Below, piece after piece: positions 45,437 through 54,308 of a stretch of DNA of 64,000 nucleotides. A program made the translations under genes and the position numbers. The number at the start of each line of letters is the position of its first letter. The first letter of the stretch is position 1. The stretch comes from Acidobacteriota bacterium (GTDB lineage Bacteria; Acidobacteriota; Vicinamibacteria; Vicinamibacterales; UBA2999): contig JBKPDL010000068.1 of NCBI GenBank assembly GCA_046727855.1, positions 2,216 to 66,215 on the forward strand, in the 5' to 3' direction. A model generated the notes under the pieces. It searched no databases and was not told the origin of the DNA. It worked only from the letters and a program-made list of their open reading frames with translations.

Positions 45437-46660
45437 TCAAGGCACCTGCATCGCGAAACTCTCGACCGACATCGTCAGTATCCGGCGACCGTTCGCGTCG
45501 CCAAACAAATCCATCGCGATCGGCGACAGACCGACGAACTGTATTCTCGCCAGCGTGTCCTGGAGATTCGCCGAGAAAATCGCGAGTGCGCCGCTGCGCG
45601 GGTGCACGTTGCCGTCTACTACGACTTCTTCAAACCAATCCTGGAAATCGCCCACGGTTTCACCCGTTTGCGTCGCTTCAGCGGCAATAATGCTGAACTG
45701 CGGCACACCTGGCGTGAACCGCAGGCGGGTGCCGGTCGTGATCGGAAGCTTCGGCACTGACATCCGGATTCCGCGCACGCCGACCACGCGCCTGGTATCG
45801 ATGCCCTCGATATTCATGGCGAACGCGTGCGAAAAGAACCCGGTTTGCAATTGGGCGTTCACCGTCCCCGAAGTGGAACGCAGGCGGGTCGAGTCAGGAA
45901 CGAGAGTAAAGCTGATCGATCCGGCTGTCTTCTGCGCGGCGTCGAAATCGGCAATCTGAAAATCGCTCAAGTAGGCATCGAAGATCTCGAGGCGCGACAC
46001 CTCTCTGAAGTTCAGGTCGACCTGAATCACGACAGCGTCTTTGACCGACTGATTTCCAGTGGCGACGTTGTTGAACCAATCGATGACTGAAAGAACAAGG
46101 CCGTTGGCTTTGAAGTAGCAGTCCTCGATCTGATCGATGTTGACGGCACATCCAGCGAAGGACGCGAGCCGGAAGGTGACGCCGCCGTCGATCTGTAGAA
46201 AAAAGATTCCGCCGTACGGCGTCGGCGGCACAACCGGTTCCGCAGGTCCGGGCGGTCCAGGAGGACCCGGCGGACCGGCAGGTCCGGTGGGACCGGCGTC
46301 GCCTCTGTCTCCCTTATCGGCTTTGTCACCTTTGTCGCCCTTCGGTCCCGGCGGGCCCTGTGGACCAACGGTCGACACTGGGAGAAGTGCAACATTCAAT
46401 TCGTTGTTGCCAGCCGCAACCGTCACCGTTCGTGTCTCGATCGTCCAGCCGGGCGCGGGAGCCTGCAGGGTAATCGAGTGATCGCCCACCGTCACGCTGA
46501 GCGTCACGGGCGTTACTTTGCCAGTTGGTGTCCCGTCGACAGAGACCTGCGCGCCCGAGGGGAACGAAGTCACTTTGAGCGCGGCGTTTTGCGCGAAGCC
46601 GGGCGAGGCCGTTGCAATTATCGATATGACGAACAGAGCTGTCCTGCAGACCAACGACAT
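45437..46660 (-). CDS. secreted multidomain protein: PEGA-like domain, short collagen-like G-X-Y segment, two tandem phage-tail-tube-like (T4 gp19 / 'phage tail region protein'-like) domains
   Basis: 407 aa with signal peptide MSLVCRTALFVISIIATASPGFAQ. PEGA-like segment: VTSFPSGAQVSVDGTPTGKVTPVTLSVTVGDHSITL. G-X-Y run: GPQGPPGPKGDKGDKADKGDRGDAGPTGPAGPPGPPGPPGP. C-terminal halves: FFLQIDGGVTFRLASFAGC...VIDWFNNVATGN...DAVVIQVDLNFREVSRLEIFDAYLSDFQIADFDAA...ISFTL, and FAMNIEGIDTRRVVGVRGI...FTPGVPQFSIIAAEATQ...DFQDWFEEVVVDG...GALAIFSANLQDTLARIQFVGLSPIAM. Both match my memory of the tail-tube family consensus (F.V.IDG...F.evsGL ... W...v..G ... i.l.d..g..v..w.l.na.P.k....ldA...vaiE.l.L). Not verified by search. 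Confidence 0.5.
   Translation of the reverse strand: MSLVCRTALFVISIIATASPGFAQNAALKVTSFPSGAQVSVDGTPTGKVTPVTLSVTVGDHSITLQAPAPGWTIETRTVTVAAGNNELNVALLPVSTVGPQGPPGPKGDKGDKADKGDRGDAGPTGPAGPPGPPGPPGPAEPVVPPTPYGGIFFLQIDGGVTFRLASFAGCAVNIDQIEDCYFKANGLVLSVIDWFNNVATGNQSVKDAVVIQVDLNFREVSRLEIFDAYLSDFQIADFDAAQKTAGSISFTLVPDSTRLRSTSGTVNAQLQTGFFSHAFAMNIEGIDTRRVVGVRGIRMSVPKLPITTGTRLRFTPGVPQFSIIAAEATQTGETVGDFQDWFEEVVVDGNVHPRSGALAIFSANLQDTLARIQFVGLSPIAMDLFGDANGRRILTMSVESFAMQVP
46244..46366 (-). repeat. collagen-like G-X-Y triplet-repeat coding segment
   Basis: About 13 G-X-Y triplets (aa 99-139) with one interruption (ADK), encoded by GGN-CCN-rich DNA. Confidence 0.8.
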
Positions 46661-46732
46661 TGAGGTGAATCCTTCTCGATGCTCAATTGATGGCGGAAGC
46701 GGGCGTCATTAACCCGCGACCGTCGAGCTAAG

Positions 46733-48022
46733 TCAAGAGACGGCCTCGATCAATTCGTTCCCGTTCATGAACGGTCGCAATGCTGTCGGAATCGCGACGG
46801 AGCCATCGCGCTGCTGGCAGTTCTCGAGAATGGCAATCAAGGTGCGGCCGACGGCCAGTCCCGATCCGTTCAAGGTGTGGACGAAGTCGGCCTTGCCGGT
46901 TCCCTGCGGCCGATACTTGATGTTGGCGCGCCGCGCCTGAAATGCTTCCGTATTGGAGCACGACGAAATCTCGCGATACATCTGCTGGCTCGGCAGCCAC
47001 ACTTCGAGGTCGTAGGTCTTCGCTGCGGCGAAACCCATATCGCCGGTTGACAACACCACCGTGCGATACGGCAATTCGAGCAGCTGCAACACACGCTCGG
47101 CGTCCGCCGTCAGCCCTTCGAGCTCGTCGTACGACGTTTCCGGCTCGGTAAATTTCACGAGCTCCACCTTGTCGAATTGATGCTGGCGAATGAGGCCACG
47201 CACGTCGGCGCCGTACGAACCTGCCTCGCTGCGGAAGCACGGTGTATACGCCGTGAACTTCAGCGGCAGCAAACGGCCGTCGAGGATCTCGCCGCGATAC
47301 AGGTTCGTCAGCGGCACTTCGGCAGTCGGAATCAGATACAGATCCCACTCGCCGCCAATTTTAAAAAGGTCCTGCTCGAACTTCGGCAGTTGTCCGGTCC
47401 CGTAGAGCGTTGCCGCATTGACGAGAAACGGCGGTTCGATTTCGGTGTAGCCATGCTCGGTCGTGTGCAGATGGAGCATGAAATTGATCAACGCGCGCTC
47501 GAGTTGCGCGCCTGCGCGCATGAGGACCGCAAAGCGCGCGCCGGCAATCTTGGTGGCGCGCTCGAAGTCGATGATCCCGAGCTGCGGGCCGAGTTCCCAG
47601 TGAGGCTTTGCCTCGAAATCAAACGAGCGAGGCTCGCCCCACTTGCGGATCTCGACGTTGTCCTGCGCGCTCTTTCCAACGGGCACGCTCTCGTGCGGCA
47701 CATTCGGCATGGTCGCGAGCAGTCGGCTGCGCTGACCTTCGGCCGCATCGAGTTCGACTTCCATCTGCTTGATTTTGGCCGCGCGCATCTTGCTCGCTTC
47801 GAAGAGCGGCCGTGCGTCCTGGCCCTGGCGCTTCGCGCGCGCAACCTCGTCCGCCGCGGCGTTCTGCTCGCGCTTGAGCCCCTCGAGCTGCGGAATCAGC
47901 CGGCGGCGCTGCGTTTCCAACGTTGCCAGCTGCTCGAGGTCTTTGGTCAGATCGAGACCTCGCGCCGCCATGCGTTGCCGCACGAGTTCCAGGTTGTCGC
48001 GAATGAAGCCCGGATCGAGCAT
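46733..48022 (-). CDS. serS: seryl-tRNA synthetase
   Basis: 429 aa. N-terminal coiled-coil [25 protein letters not shown]. Class II motifs include [25 protein letters not shown] and [18 protein letters not shown]. Confidence 0.97.
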   Translation of the reverse strand: MLDPGFIRDNLELVRQRMAARGLDLTKDLEQLATLETQRRRLIPQLEGLKREQNAAADEVARAKRQGQDARPLFEASKMRAAKIKQMEVELDAAEGQRSRLLATMPNVPHESVPVGKSAQDNVEIRKWGEPRSFDFEAKPHWELGPQLGIIDFERATKIAGARFAVLMRAGAQLERALINFMLHLHTTEHGYTEIEPPFLVNAATLYGTGQLPKFEQDLFKIGGEWDLYLIPTAEVPLTNLYRGEILDGRLLPLKFTAYTPCFRSEAGSYGADVRGLIRQHQFDKVELVKFTEPETSYDELEGLTADAERVLQLLELPYRTVVLSTGDMGFAAAKTYDLEVWLPSQQMYREISSCSNTEAFQARRANIKYRPQGTGKADFVHTLNGSGLAVGRTLIAILENCQQRDGSVAIPTALRPFMNGNELIEAVS

Positions 48023-48040
48023 TCCTGTATCCTATTCCGG

Positions 48041-48955
48041 ATGCCCCCGTCGATTCGCAAAGCTGTGTTTCCCGCCGCGGGGTTGGGAACACGGTTCCTT
48101 CCCGCCACGAAAGCGCAACCCAAGGAAATGCTGCCGCTCGTGGACAAGCCGACGATTCAGTACGGCGTTGAGGAAGCCGTCGCCTCCGGTGTCACTGACA
48201 TCGTTCTCGTCACGGGGCGGGGCAAGAACGCCATCGAGGATCACTTCGATCGATCGACGGAACTCGAAAGCTTTCTCGAAGCGCGTGGCAAGCGTGAGCA
48301 ACTGGAACAGGTCCGATGGATTTCAAGCCTGATCAATCTGTCGTACGTGCGCCAAGGCGAGCCGCTTGGTCTTGGTCATGCCGTGCTGGTGGCCAAGGCC
48401 CTCATCGGCGACGAACCTTTCGCCGTCGTTCTCGGGGACGACGTGATGGACGCGGACCCGCCGGCGCTCAGGCAGATGATCGAGGTGTATAACCGCGTTG
48501 ACGGACCGGTCCTTGCCGTTGAACGCGTGCCTGAAGAGGACGTCTCGAGCTACGGCATCATCAGCGTGCAGCCGGATCTGGTCGCCGACTCGTTTGCGTC
48601 AGACGCGCCACGCGTGCATCGGATCAAGGACTTGGTTGAGAAACCGCCGCGTGGCGAGGCGCCCTCGAACCTCGCCATCATCGGCCGCTACATCCTCACG
48701 CCAGACATCTTTTCAGCGCTCGAGGCGACTTCGGAAGATCGATCCGGAGAGATTCAGCTCACGAACGGCCTCCGCCGACTGCTGCAGAAGCGGCCTCTTT
48801 ACGCGTGCGAGGTGAAGGGTGTCCGCCATGACACCGGGAACAAGTTAGGTTATCTGAAGGCTACCGTCTATTTCGCGCTGAAGCGTCCGGACCTGGCAGA
48901 CGCGTTTCGCGCATATTTGGAGAGCCTGAATCTCACGTCGACGCTCAAACCGTGA
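48041..48955 (+). CDS. galU: UTP--glucose-1-phosphate uridylyltransferase
   Basis: ATG 48041 gives MPPSIRKAVFPAAGLGTRFLPATKAQPKEMLPLVDKPTIQYGVEEA, the canonical GalU N-terminus. The ORF-track extension back to 47177 is antisense to serS. Confidence 0.95.
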   Translation: MPPSIRKAVFPAAGLGTRFLPATKAQPKEMLPLVDKPTIQYGVEEAVASGVTDIVLVTGRGKNAIEDHFDRSTELESFLEARGKREQLEQVRWISSLINLSYVRQGEPLGLGHAVLVAKALIGDEPFAVVLGDDVMDADPPALRQMIEVYNRVDGPVLAVERVPEEDVSSYGIISVQPDLVADSFASDAPRVHRIKDLVEKPPRGEAPSNLAIIGRYILTPDIFSALEATSEDRSGEIQLTNGLRRLLQKRPLYACEVKGVRHDTGNKLGYLKATVYFALKRPDLADAFRAYLESLNLTSTLKP

Positions 48956-48976
48956 GGGTGTCAGTAACCGGGACGC

Positions 48977-49009
48977 CCGGCAAAGGCGCCGACACGGGCG
49001 CGCCTTGCC
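48977..49009. terminator. GC-rich imperfect hairpin between convergent galU and the fmdB-like gene
   Basis: CGGCAAAGGCGCC...GGCGCGCCTTGCCG pairs with one or two bulges. No U-tract is present. Confidence 0.3.
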
Positions 49010-49100
49010 GACTAAAGCCACGCCAACGCGCCAACCCCACTCGTCCGCCGTTACACGCGCGCGTTCTTACCGAGAGCTGATAGCCGACTGTTGACAGCTT

Positions 49101-49430
49101 CTACGATGTCGCCGGCTTGGTCTCCGGCTTCGATTCCACTTTCGTTTCTGTTTTTGGTTCCGCCTTCGATTCCGCTGACGATGTGCCGGACGCCGCGCGT
49201 TTCGAGTCGGCGGCCTTGTCGCCGCCGGCTGCGGCTCCATCCGTTTTGCCGGCGCGCGCGTAGTCGGTGATGTACCACCCGGAACCTTTGAACTGTATGG
49301 CCGGCGACGAGAGGAGCTTGCGCACGACGCCGTTGCAGCGGGGACATGCTTCAAGCGGAGCGTCGGAGAACTTCTGAATCACCTCGAAGCGATGCCCGCA
49401 GGCCTCGCACTGGTATTCATACAACGGCAT
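49101..49430 (-). CDS. FmdB-family zinc-ribbon protein (CxxC-CxxC) with a Lys/Glu/Thr/Pro-rich tail
   Basis: ATG 49430 gives MPLYEYQCEACGHRFEVIQKFSDAPLEACPRCNGVVRKLLSSPAIQFKGSGWY. It begins 5 nt after the DUF885 stop. Confidence 0.85.
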   Translation of the reverse strand: MPLYEYQCEACGHRFEVIQKFSDAPLEACPRCNGVVRKLLSSPAIQFKGSGWYITDYARAGKTDGAAAGGDKAADSKRAASGTSSAESKAEPKTETKVESKPETKPATS

Positions 49431-49435
49431 CAGGT

Positions 49436-51142
49436 TTACTCCAGCACCGCATCGGCCGGGCGCGCGCTCAAGCCGTCCGGGGAGCTTCGTGTCAGCGTCG
49501 GCACGCCGAGCATCAGTTGGCGAAGCGCCCAGAACGGCGCCGCGCCCTGCGCCAGCAACGCCTCGTGAAACGCGCGGAGCGACGCCTTGCCGGCCCGTTG
49601 TTCCTGCCAATCACGACGCAGCTTCAGCAGCGCGAGTTTGCCGGCAGTGTAGACCAGGTACGTCGGATCGAAGGTGCCGCGCTCGGCTTCGCGGCGCGCG
49701 CTCGCTTCTTCCAAAAACGCTTCGTCGCGGAAAAAGCGAACGCCTTGCTCGACCGACCAGTCGTCGGTGTGCAGCCGTATGCCCACCACAAAGCGCGCGA
49801 GGCGCACGAGCGCTTCGGCGAGCTGGCCCAGTTTGAGCGTGTAATCACGCCGGCCGAATCCGGCCTCGATCATCATCTGCTCGCAGTAGTGCGCCCAGCC
49901 CTCGACATACGACGTCGTCATGAATAACGTCGAGCGCCGCACCTTCGATTCCACGCGGCGGAGGTGCTGATAGTGCAGGTAATGGCCGGGAAAGACTTCG
50001 TGAATCGAGATGGTCCAGAGCGTCGGGATGTTGAAGTCGCGAAGATGTTCCAGTTGTCGCTCCGCTGGCCAGCTCGGGTCCACGTCGGTGAGGTAGTAGA
50101 GCGCACGTGAGGCGCGCGGCTCAAATGGGCCGGGCGACCACATGCTGGCAAACGACCAGCGGAAGAACTCCGGAGTTGGAGCAACCTCGACCGAGAGGCC
50201 GTCTGGTATGGGCACGATCGCGTTCCGTTCGAGGAACGTTTTCAGTTCTCCCAACTGCTCACGGGCAGTGGCGAGCAACTTGCCCGGTTCAGGATGCGAT
50301 TCCCTTTTCGCTTTGCGCCACGACTCGATCGGGTCCGCGCCGTTGAGGCGTCCCGCCAGGGTGCGGAACTCCTCCTGCGTGGCGTGGAGCTCACGTTCGG
50401 CGATCGCCAGCAGTCGGTCGACAGGAAGCGCAATTCCCTCATCCACGCGCAGCTTCTGTTCGAACTTGTCGCGACCGAGGCGGAACGACGCCTTGGCGCG
50501 GGGGCGCACATCGTTCTCGAGGTAATCAACATAGCTCCCGATTGACTGCACGGCTTCGGCCGACGCGTCGGCGAGATCCGCAAGCAGGTGCAAATCGTCG
50601 AGCGATGAAAACGCCTTGGGCAAATCGCTGTCGATGAACGTCATGGCGCCTCGAAGCGTCTCGAGGCCGACCTTGACGAACATCGCCGGCGTCTCTTTGA
50701 TGTTTTCGCGCGCGGCCTCGATCAGGCGCGGCGTCTGACGCAGCTTCGACAGCACCCGCCGCGCGCGTTCAGGCACCGGCGCGTAATCGAAGATCGCCTG
50801 CGCCGCGAGGCTCGAGGCGAGCGTCTCGGCATAGACGTAGGGATTGCGTTCCCAAGAGCGGACTTCCTCGAATTCGAAGAGACGCGACCGGATGTTGGCA
50901 GAGACAATCGCGTGCTCCACGCGCTCGACATCTGGAAGCGTGTCGACCGGAATCGCGTCGAGACGGCGGGCGAAGCCGGCAAGCGCACTCAAATGCGTGT
51001 CGATCGCGGGCTTTCGGAAATCCTCCAGCAGATCGTCATGGAGGTGAACGCCATCCATCGTGGCACTGGTAGGGTGCGCCTCGTATAGATAGTTGAGGTA
51101 GTCGTCGACAAAGTGTGGGAAAGGCTCGGCCGCGTGCATCAA
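49436..51142 (-). CDS. DUF885-family protein (putative metallopeptidase-like)
   Basis: 568 aa. MMHAAEPFPHFVDDYLNYLYEAHPTSATMDGVH ... ISIHEVFPGHYLHYQ ... EGWAHYCEQMM is typical of DUF885 as I recall it. Confidence 0.7.
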   Translation of the reverse strand: MMHAAEPFPHFVDDYLNYLYEAHPTSATMDGVHLHDDLLEDFRKPAIDTHLSALAGFARRLDAIPVDTLPDVERVEHAIVSANIRSRLFEFEEVRSWERNPYVYAETLASSLAAQAIFDYAPVPERARRVLSKLRQTPRLIEAARENIKETPAMFVKVGLETLRGAMTFIDSDLPKAFSSLDDLHLLADLADASAEAVQSIGSYVDYLENDVRPRAKASFRLGRDKFEQKLRVDEGIALPVDRLLAIAERELHATQEEFRTLAGRLNGADPIESWRKAKRESHPEPGKLLATAREQLGELKTFLERNAIVPIPDGLSVEVAPTPEFFRWSFASMWSPGPFEPRASRALYYLTDVDPSWPAERQLEHLRDFNIPTLWTISIHEVFPGHYLHYQHLRRVESKVRRSTLFMTTSYVEGWAHYCEQMMIEAGFGRRDYTLKLGQLAEALVRLARFVVGIRLHTDDWSVEQGVRFFRDEAFLEEASARREAERGTFDPTYLVYTAGKLALLKLRRDWQEQRAGKASLRAFHEALLAQGAAPFWALRQLMLGVPTLTRSSPDGLSARPADAVLE

Positions 51143-51245
51143 GTTCTCTGGCCCCAGTTGGATCGAACCTCGGCCTTGGATCTCCAGGCCACGAAGCGCC
51201 TCCGCGCGGGTGGGCGATCCTTCAATGCTACATTAAAATTCTGCC

Positions 51246-52094
51246 GTGACGGGCACGCTCTTCGTCGTCGCCACCCCGATCGGCAACCTGGAAGATATAA
51301 CCCTCCGCGCGCTTCGCGTCCTGCGGGAGGTGGACCTGGTCGCCGCCGAGGATACGCGGCGCACGGGCAACCTGCTTCGCCACTATAAGATCGAGACGCC
51401 GCTCGTAAGCCTGCACGAGCGCAATGAAAGTGTCCGTATTGGCCCGATCCTCGACCGGCTGCGTGCGGGTCGGTCGGTTGCACTCGTCAGCGACGCCGGG
51501 ACCCCCGCCATTTCGGATCCGGGAGCGACACTCGTCCGGGCGGTTCGCGACGCAGGGTTTACCGTCGCGCCCGTACCCGGACCCAGCGCCGTGCTCGCGG
51601 CAATAAGCGCCAGTGGGCTCAGAACCGGGCGGTTCGTGTTCGCTGAATTTCCACCTGTTAGGTCATCAGCCCGCAGGAAATGGGTGGCATGGGCGACCTC
51701 ACGAACGGAGGAGGCCGTCGTTTTCTTCGAAGCACCGCACCGAATCGAGAAGACGCTCACAGAACTCGCATCATTATTGGGTGAACGACCAATTTGTGTC
51801 GGCCGTGAGTTGACAAAGCTCCATGAGGAGTGGCGCGAGGGCCTCGCGCAGGCTCTGGCGAGGCACTTTCAAGACCCTCAGGGCGAATTCGTGATCGTCA
51901 TCCCACCGCGGCCGGATGACGGAACGCCAAGCGAACCTCCGCCTGATGATGTGGTCTACGCCTTATTTGGTCAAATAGCCAATAACAATGCGCTCGATCG
52001 TCGCGCTGCGGTCCGTGAGGTTGCCGAAAGACTGGAAATGACGCCTAAGGCCGTCTACGAAGCGATCGAGCGAGCCAAGAATTCTGGCGTGTGA
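51246..52094 (+). CDS. rsmI: 16S rRNA (cytidine1402-2'-O)-methyltransferase
   Basis: 282 aa with a GTG start. GTLFVVATPIGNLEDITLRALRVLREVDLVAAEDTRRTGNLL is the RsmI signature. A TAAAAT hexamer ends 6 nt before the GTG. Confidence 0.9.
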   Translation: MTGTLFVVATPIGNLEDITLRALRVLREVDLVAAEDTRRTGNLLRHYKIETPLVSLHERNESVRIGPILDRLRAGRSVALVSDAGTPAISDPGATLVRAVRDAGFTVAPVPGPSAVLAAISASGLRTGRFVFAEFPPVRSSARRKWVAWATSRTEEAVVFFEAPHRIEKTLTELASLLGERPICVGRELTKLHEEWREGLAQALARHFQDPQGEFVIVIPPRPDDGTPSEPPPDDVVYALFGQIANNNALDRRAAVREVAERLEMTPKAVYEAIERAKNSGV

Positions 52095-52142
52095 CCAACT
52101 TGACCTCTCTTTGGACTTTTTGCTAAGTTTTTGCGCCCGGAG

Positions 52143-52820
52143 ATGGGTCATTTGGCGAAGCAGCAGTCAGCGCGAAAGCCGGCGGCAGGTAAGCCATCCC
52201 CCTCACGCCCACCTGCAAAAGTCGATGCTGAAGTCCCGAACGAAAACCTGGGCCTGAACGCATCCCAGGCGCCCGCTCCCCGACCCTCGACCTATTTGGA
52301 AGCGGTTGGGTTATACGAGCGAGCCGTCCGGACGCTCCAGCAGCACAACTACGCGAAGGCCGCCGATCTTTTGCGGCATATGGTCGCGACCTTTCCTGAG
52401 GAACGTGAGCTCATCGAGCGCTCGCGGATGTATCTCGCGCTTTGCGAGCGCCAGTTGGAGCCACTTACGGCTGAGCCTCGAGACACGCCCGAACGCCTGT
52501 ACGCGGCCACAATTGCCCTGAATGCTGGTAAGCTCGACGATGCGGTGGCGCACCTCGAGCGAATTCTCGAGGCCGAGTCAGCCCACGATCAGGCGCTCTA
52601 CATGCTGGCTGTGGCGTACACCGAACGCGAGCAGGTTCCAGAAGCGATACGCTATCTGCAGCAGGCCATCGAGGCGAACCCGGAAAACCGCGCGCTGGCG
52701 CGCGTGGATCCCGACCTTGATGACCTCCGAGACGATGACGCCGTGGCCGCGCTACTCGAGGCGCCGCCGGTAACGCGCCCCGCCACTGAGCACAGGCGCA
52801 GGGCCGTGCGCCGCAAGTAG
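52143..52820 (+). CDS. tetratricopeptide-repeat protein with a basic N-terminus
   Basis: TPR-like helices (YERAVRTLQQHNYAKAADLLRHMVATFPEE, ALNAGKLDDAVAHLERILEAESAHDQALYMLAVAYTEREQVPEAIRYLQQAIEANPEN). The start is uncertain: ATG 52143 or TTG 52131. Confidence 0.65.
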   Translation: MGHLAKQQSARKPAAGKPSPSRPPAKVDAEVPNENLGLNASQAPAPRPSTYLEAVGLYERAVRTLQQHNYAKAADLLRHMVATFPEERELIERSRMYLALCERQLEPLTAEPRDTPERLYAATIALNAGKLDDAVAHLERILEAESAHDQALYMLAVAYTEREQVPEAIRYLQQAIEANPENRALARVDPDLDDLRDDDAVAALLEAPPVTRPATEHRRRAVRRK

Positions 52821-52847
52821 CCGCTCCGGGCGTCGCCCCGACGCCCG

Positions 52848-54260
52848 ATGTCCGATCTTCACATCGTCGTACTCGCCGCCGGAAAGGGCACGCGGATGAA
52901 ATCCGAAGTGCCCAAGGTGTTGCACCGCATAGCCGGTCTGACGCTGATCGACCATGTGCTGCGCATCGCGAGCGCGCTCAACCCGTCCAGCACAACGATC
53001 GTCGTGGGCCATGCCGGCAATCTGGTTCGCGACCATCTGGCGCCGCACTCGCATCTCGAGTTCGTTGTGCAGGAGCCGCAATTGGGGACCGGACATGCGC
53101 TGCTGCAAACCGCGCCAGTGCTTCGCGGCCGTCAGGGAACCGTTCTGCTGCTGTCTGGCGACGTGCCGCTACTCAGCTCACGCACGCTGGAGCGGCTCAT
53201 TGCTACCCATCGCGAAACGCGCGCGTTTGCCACGGTACTGACAGCCCTCATCGATCGTTCGTATGGCTATGGCCGGATCGTCAGGACGCAGGGCAGGATC
53301 ACGCGCATCGTCGAGGAAAAGGACGCGTCGAGGGTGCAGCGGGAGATCAAGGAGATCAATTCCGGCATTTACGCGTTCAATGTCGAGCCGCTCTTCGACT
53401 CCCTCGAACAGATCGGATCCGACAACGCGCAAGACGAGTACTACCTTCCCGATCTCATCGGCATCTATCGTCGCAGGCGCAAAGTTGTTTCGACGTTCAC
53501 GATTGACAATGCGAGCGAAATTCGCGGCATCAACAGCCGCTCTGAGCTCGCCGAGGTCAGCACCATGGTGCGACAGCAGAAAAACGAAGAACTGATGGCC
53601 GCCGGCGTCACCTTGATCGATCCCGCGACCACGTATATCGACGTCGACGTGGAGATTGCGCCAGACACCGTGATATACCCGTGTGTGTTCATCGAAGGCT
53701 CGACCAGGATTGGCGCCGCGTGTGAGATTCACGCCGGGAGCCGCATCGTCAATTCCACGCTCGGCGATCGCGTCGTCGTTCGGAATCACTCGGTCATCGC
53801 GGAAGCCACCATCGCGAGTGGTGCATCCGTGGGACCGTTCGCCCACCTGCGGCCTGGTGCCGACGTGGGATCCGAGGCGCACGTCGGCAATTACGTGGAG
53901 CTCAAGAACGCGAAGCTCGGAGCGCGCAGCAAGGCCAATCACCTCACGTATCTTGGCGACGCGACGATCGGCGCGAACGTCAACGTGGGTGCAGGCACGA
54001 TTACCTGCAACTACGATGGCCGGACGAAGAACCGGACGGTGATCGAGGACGGTGCGTTCATCGGAAGCGACACCACGCTCGTCGCTCCGGTCAGGGTGGG
54101 GCAGAATGCGTATGTCGGTGCCGGATCGACGATTACCGACGATGTGCCGGCCGGCGCCCTGGGCATCGCACGCGGGCGCCAGGAAGTAAAGGAAGGCTGG
54201 GTGCAAAAGAGAAGTTCACAGTTGTCAGTTGCCGGGTCAAAAGAGGCCGAGTCCATTTGA
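52848..54260 (+). CDS. glmU: bifunctional UDP-N-acetylglucosamine pyrophosphorylase / glucosamine-1-phosphate N-acetyltransferase
   Basis: 470 aa. N-terminus VVLAAGKGTRMKSEVPKVLH. C-terminal left-handed beta-helix hexapeptide repeats. Confidence 0.95.
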   Translation: MSDLHIVVLAAGKGTRMKSEVPKVLHRIAGLTLIDHVLRIASALNPSSTTIVVGHAGNLVRDHLAPHSHLEFVVQEPQLGTGHALLQTAPVLRGRQGTVLLLSGDVPLLSSRTLERLIATHRETRAFATVLTALIDRSYGYGRIVRTQGRITRIVEEKDASRVQREIKEINSGIYAFNVEPLFDSLEQIGSDNAQDEYYLPDLIGIYRRRRKVVSTFTIDNASEIRGINSRSELAEVSTMVRQQKNEELMAAGVTLIDPATTYIDVDVEIAPDTVIYPCVFIEGSTRIGAACEIHAGSRIVNSTLGDRVVVRNHSVIAEATIASGASVGPFAHLRPGADVGSEAHVGNYVELKNAKLGARSKANHLTYLGDATIGANVNVGAGTITCNYDGRTKNRTVIEDGAFIGSDTTLVAPVRVGQNAYVGAGSTITDDVPAGALGIARGRQEVKEGWVQKRSSQLSVAGSKEAESI

Positions 54261-54308
54261 ACTGAACAACCGTCACCTAAAACGTCGAACTGGTAACTGG
54301 AAACTTTT

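Noticed and set aside
45396-46732. Genomic island or prophage remnant integrated at tRNA-Ser (tail-tube-like gene next to a tRNA)
   Set aside because: The gene lies on the 5' side of the tRNA, whereas islands normally insert at the 3' end. No integrase was seen. The only similarity to the tRNA 3' end near 46700 (TGGCGGA...) is 7 nt. The flanks are core genes (serS, ADH).
47177-48040. N-terminal 288 codons of the 592-aa ORF 47177..48955
   Set aside because: This part is antisense to serS and looks like shadow sequence. The canonical GalU N-terminus (MPPSIRKAVFPAAGLGTRFLPATK) begins at ATG 48041.
54261-54308. glmS ribozyme or other leader upstream of glmS
   Set aside because: Only 48 nt separate glmU and glmS. 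This is too short for the ribozyme, and no conserved core was recognisable.
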